DNA of 36,055 nucleotides from a virus (lineage: Duplodnaviria > Caudoviricetes). A program made the position numbers and the translations under genes. Position 1 is the first letter of the stretch. The number at the start of each line of letters is the position of its first letter. This document shows, piece by piece, positions 35,368 through 36,055 of the stretch. The notes beneath the pieces are model-generated. The model was not told the DNA's origin. It saw only the letters and a program-made list of their open reading frames with translations, and ran no database searches. Location: IMG/VR virus record IMGVR_UViG_3300044638_005324, positions 1 to 36,055 of that record. One strand, given 5' to 3'.

Positions 35368-36055
35368 ATGTCAATTTCAAATTTTATTCCACAAATATGG
35401 TCTACAAAAATCCTTCGTACATTAGAAGACAATCTAGTAGGTAAACGCATCTGTACTTTAGACGCAGAGGGCGAAATCAAAAAATTCGGAGATACTGTAA
35501 TTTTTAACGGACTTGCAGACCCAACAATCAGTTCGTATTCAGGTGCAAGTATTTCTTACGAAGCACTTCAAGATGCTTCTGTTGTATTACAAATCAGTCA
35601 ACAAGATTATTTCGCATTTAAAGTTGGAGATATTGAAAAGGCACAAGCTAATGTCGATGTTAAAGGTAGCCAGGCTGACCGAGCTGCTTATAAACTACAA
35701 CAAACTGCAGATAGTTACATTCTTGGATTGTATGGACAAGCAGGATTAACTTCTAGCGGAACAATTACTTCTGCTAATATCTTTTCCAAAGTTGGAGAAG
35801 TACAACAATCTCTTGCACAAAACAACGTATCTGATTCAGATATGTGGATGGTTATTCCTCCTTGGATTCGTTTGAAATTAGAACTTGCTGGTGTTAAATT
35901 CCAAGTTAATAATGGTACAAATGGTACAGGCGGAATGGCTTGGACTGATTCTCTTGGATTTGATATCTATGTAACTAATCAAGTAGCAAATACTGGTACT
36001 TTAGCAACACCTGTTTCGAAAGTATTAGCTGGTTCTTACAATTCAATTGCATTCG
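35368..36055 (+). CDS. Major capsid protein, P22-coat-like (5' part; continues through the junction to 276; 278 aa in total)
   Basis: ATG at 35368 after GAGGAG. Reads MSISNFIPQIWSTKILRTLEDNLVG...GEIKKFGDTV... and is open to the window end, in frame with the 7..276 ORF. It follows the scaffold gene and is missing from the supplied ORF track. Confidence 0.9.
   Translation, partial: MSISNFIPQIWSTKILRTLEDNLVGKRICTLDAEGEIKKFGDTVIFNGLADPTISSYSGASISYEALQDASVVLQISQQDYFAFKVGDIEKAQANVDVKGSQADRAAYKLQQTADSYILGLYGQAGLTSSGTITSANIFSKVGEVQQSLAQNNVSDSDMWMVIPPWIRLKLELAGVKFQVNNGTNGTGGMAWTDSLGFDIYVTNQVANTGTLATPVSKVLAGSYNSIAF
35929..36055. repeat. Terminal direct repeat (right copy)
   Basis: Exact copy of 1-127. 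Confidence 0.95.

Noticed and set aside
35513-35749. 78-aa ORF in the supplied track
   Set aside because: Out-of-frame shadow inside the major capsid gene that starts at 35368.
35929-36055. 127-bp terminal repeat as a biological DTR
   Set aside because: It lies in the middle of the coat gene and matches a common assembler k-mer length, so it is best explained as circular overlap.
1-36055. tRNA genes, CRISPR arrays, stop-codon reassignment
   Set aside because: I saw no cloverleaf or repeat-spacer array by eye, and the genes are intact and densely packed under the standard code.

Overview
This window appears to be a complete, circularly assembled tailed-phage genome with about 35,928 bp of unique sequence. 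Bases 1-127 are repeated exactly at 35929-36055, and the major capsid ORF reads in frame across that junction. It is AT-rich with strong GGAGG ribosome-binding sites. The XhlA and holin genes, M23 lysin, 3D-domain protein, replisome organiser/DnaC and a YozD-like ORF point to a Bacillota (probably Bacillales) host. The + strand carries a podovirus-like late arm: terL, portal, scaffold, P22-type coat, adaptor, nozzle, S74 tail fibre, a probable ejection protein, a 2090-aa LPD38-like protein, a lysis cassette, a displaced terS and small basic proteins. The - strand carries early, recombination and replication genes, interrupted by a small + strand block (DUF3310-like, metallophosphoesterase). 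I recognise no integrase, DNA polymerase or tail tube/sheath gene. The most striking feature is two same-orientation type II hammerhead ribozymes in the early - strand transcript (29819-29868 and 29310-29359). Each lies about 50 nt upstream of a start codon, and each is followed by a co-varying sequence that can refold over the catalytic core. Together they flank a 509-nt two-gene segment. Upstream are a U18 terminator, a near-perfect 46-bp palindrome, six DnaA boxes and a G-quadruplex motif. Family names come from my recall of motifs, not from database searches.
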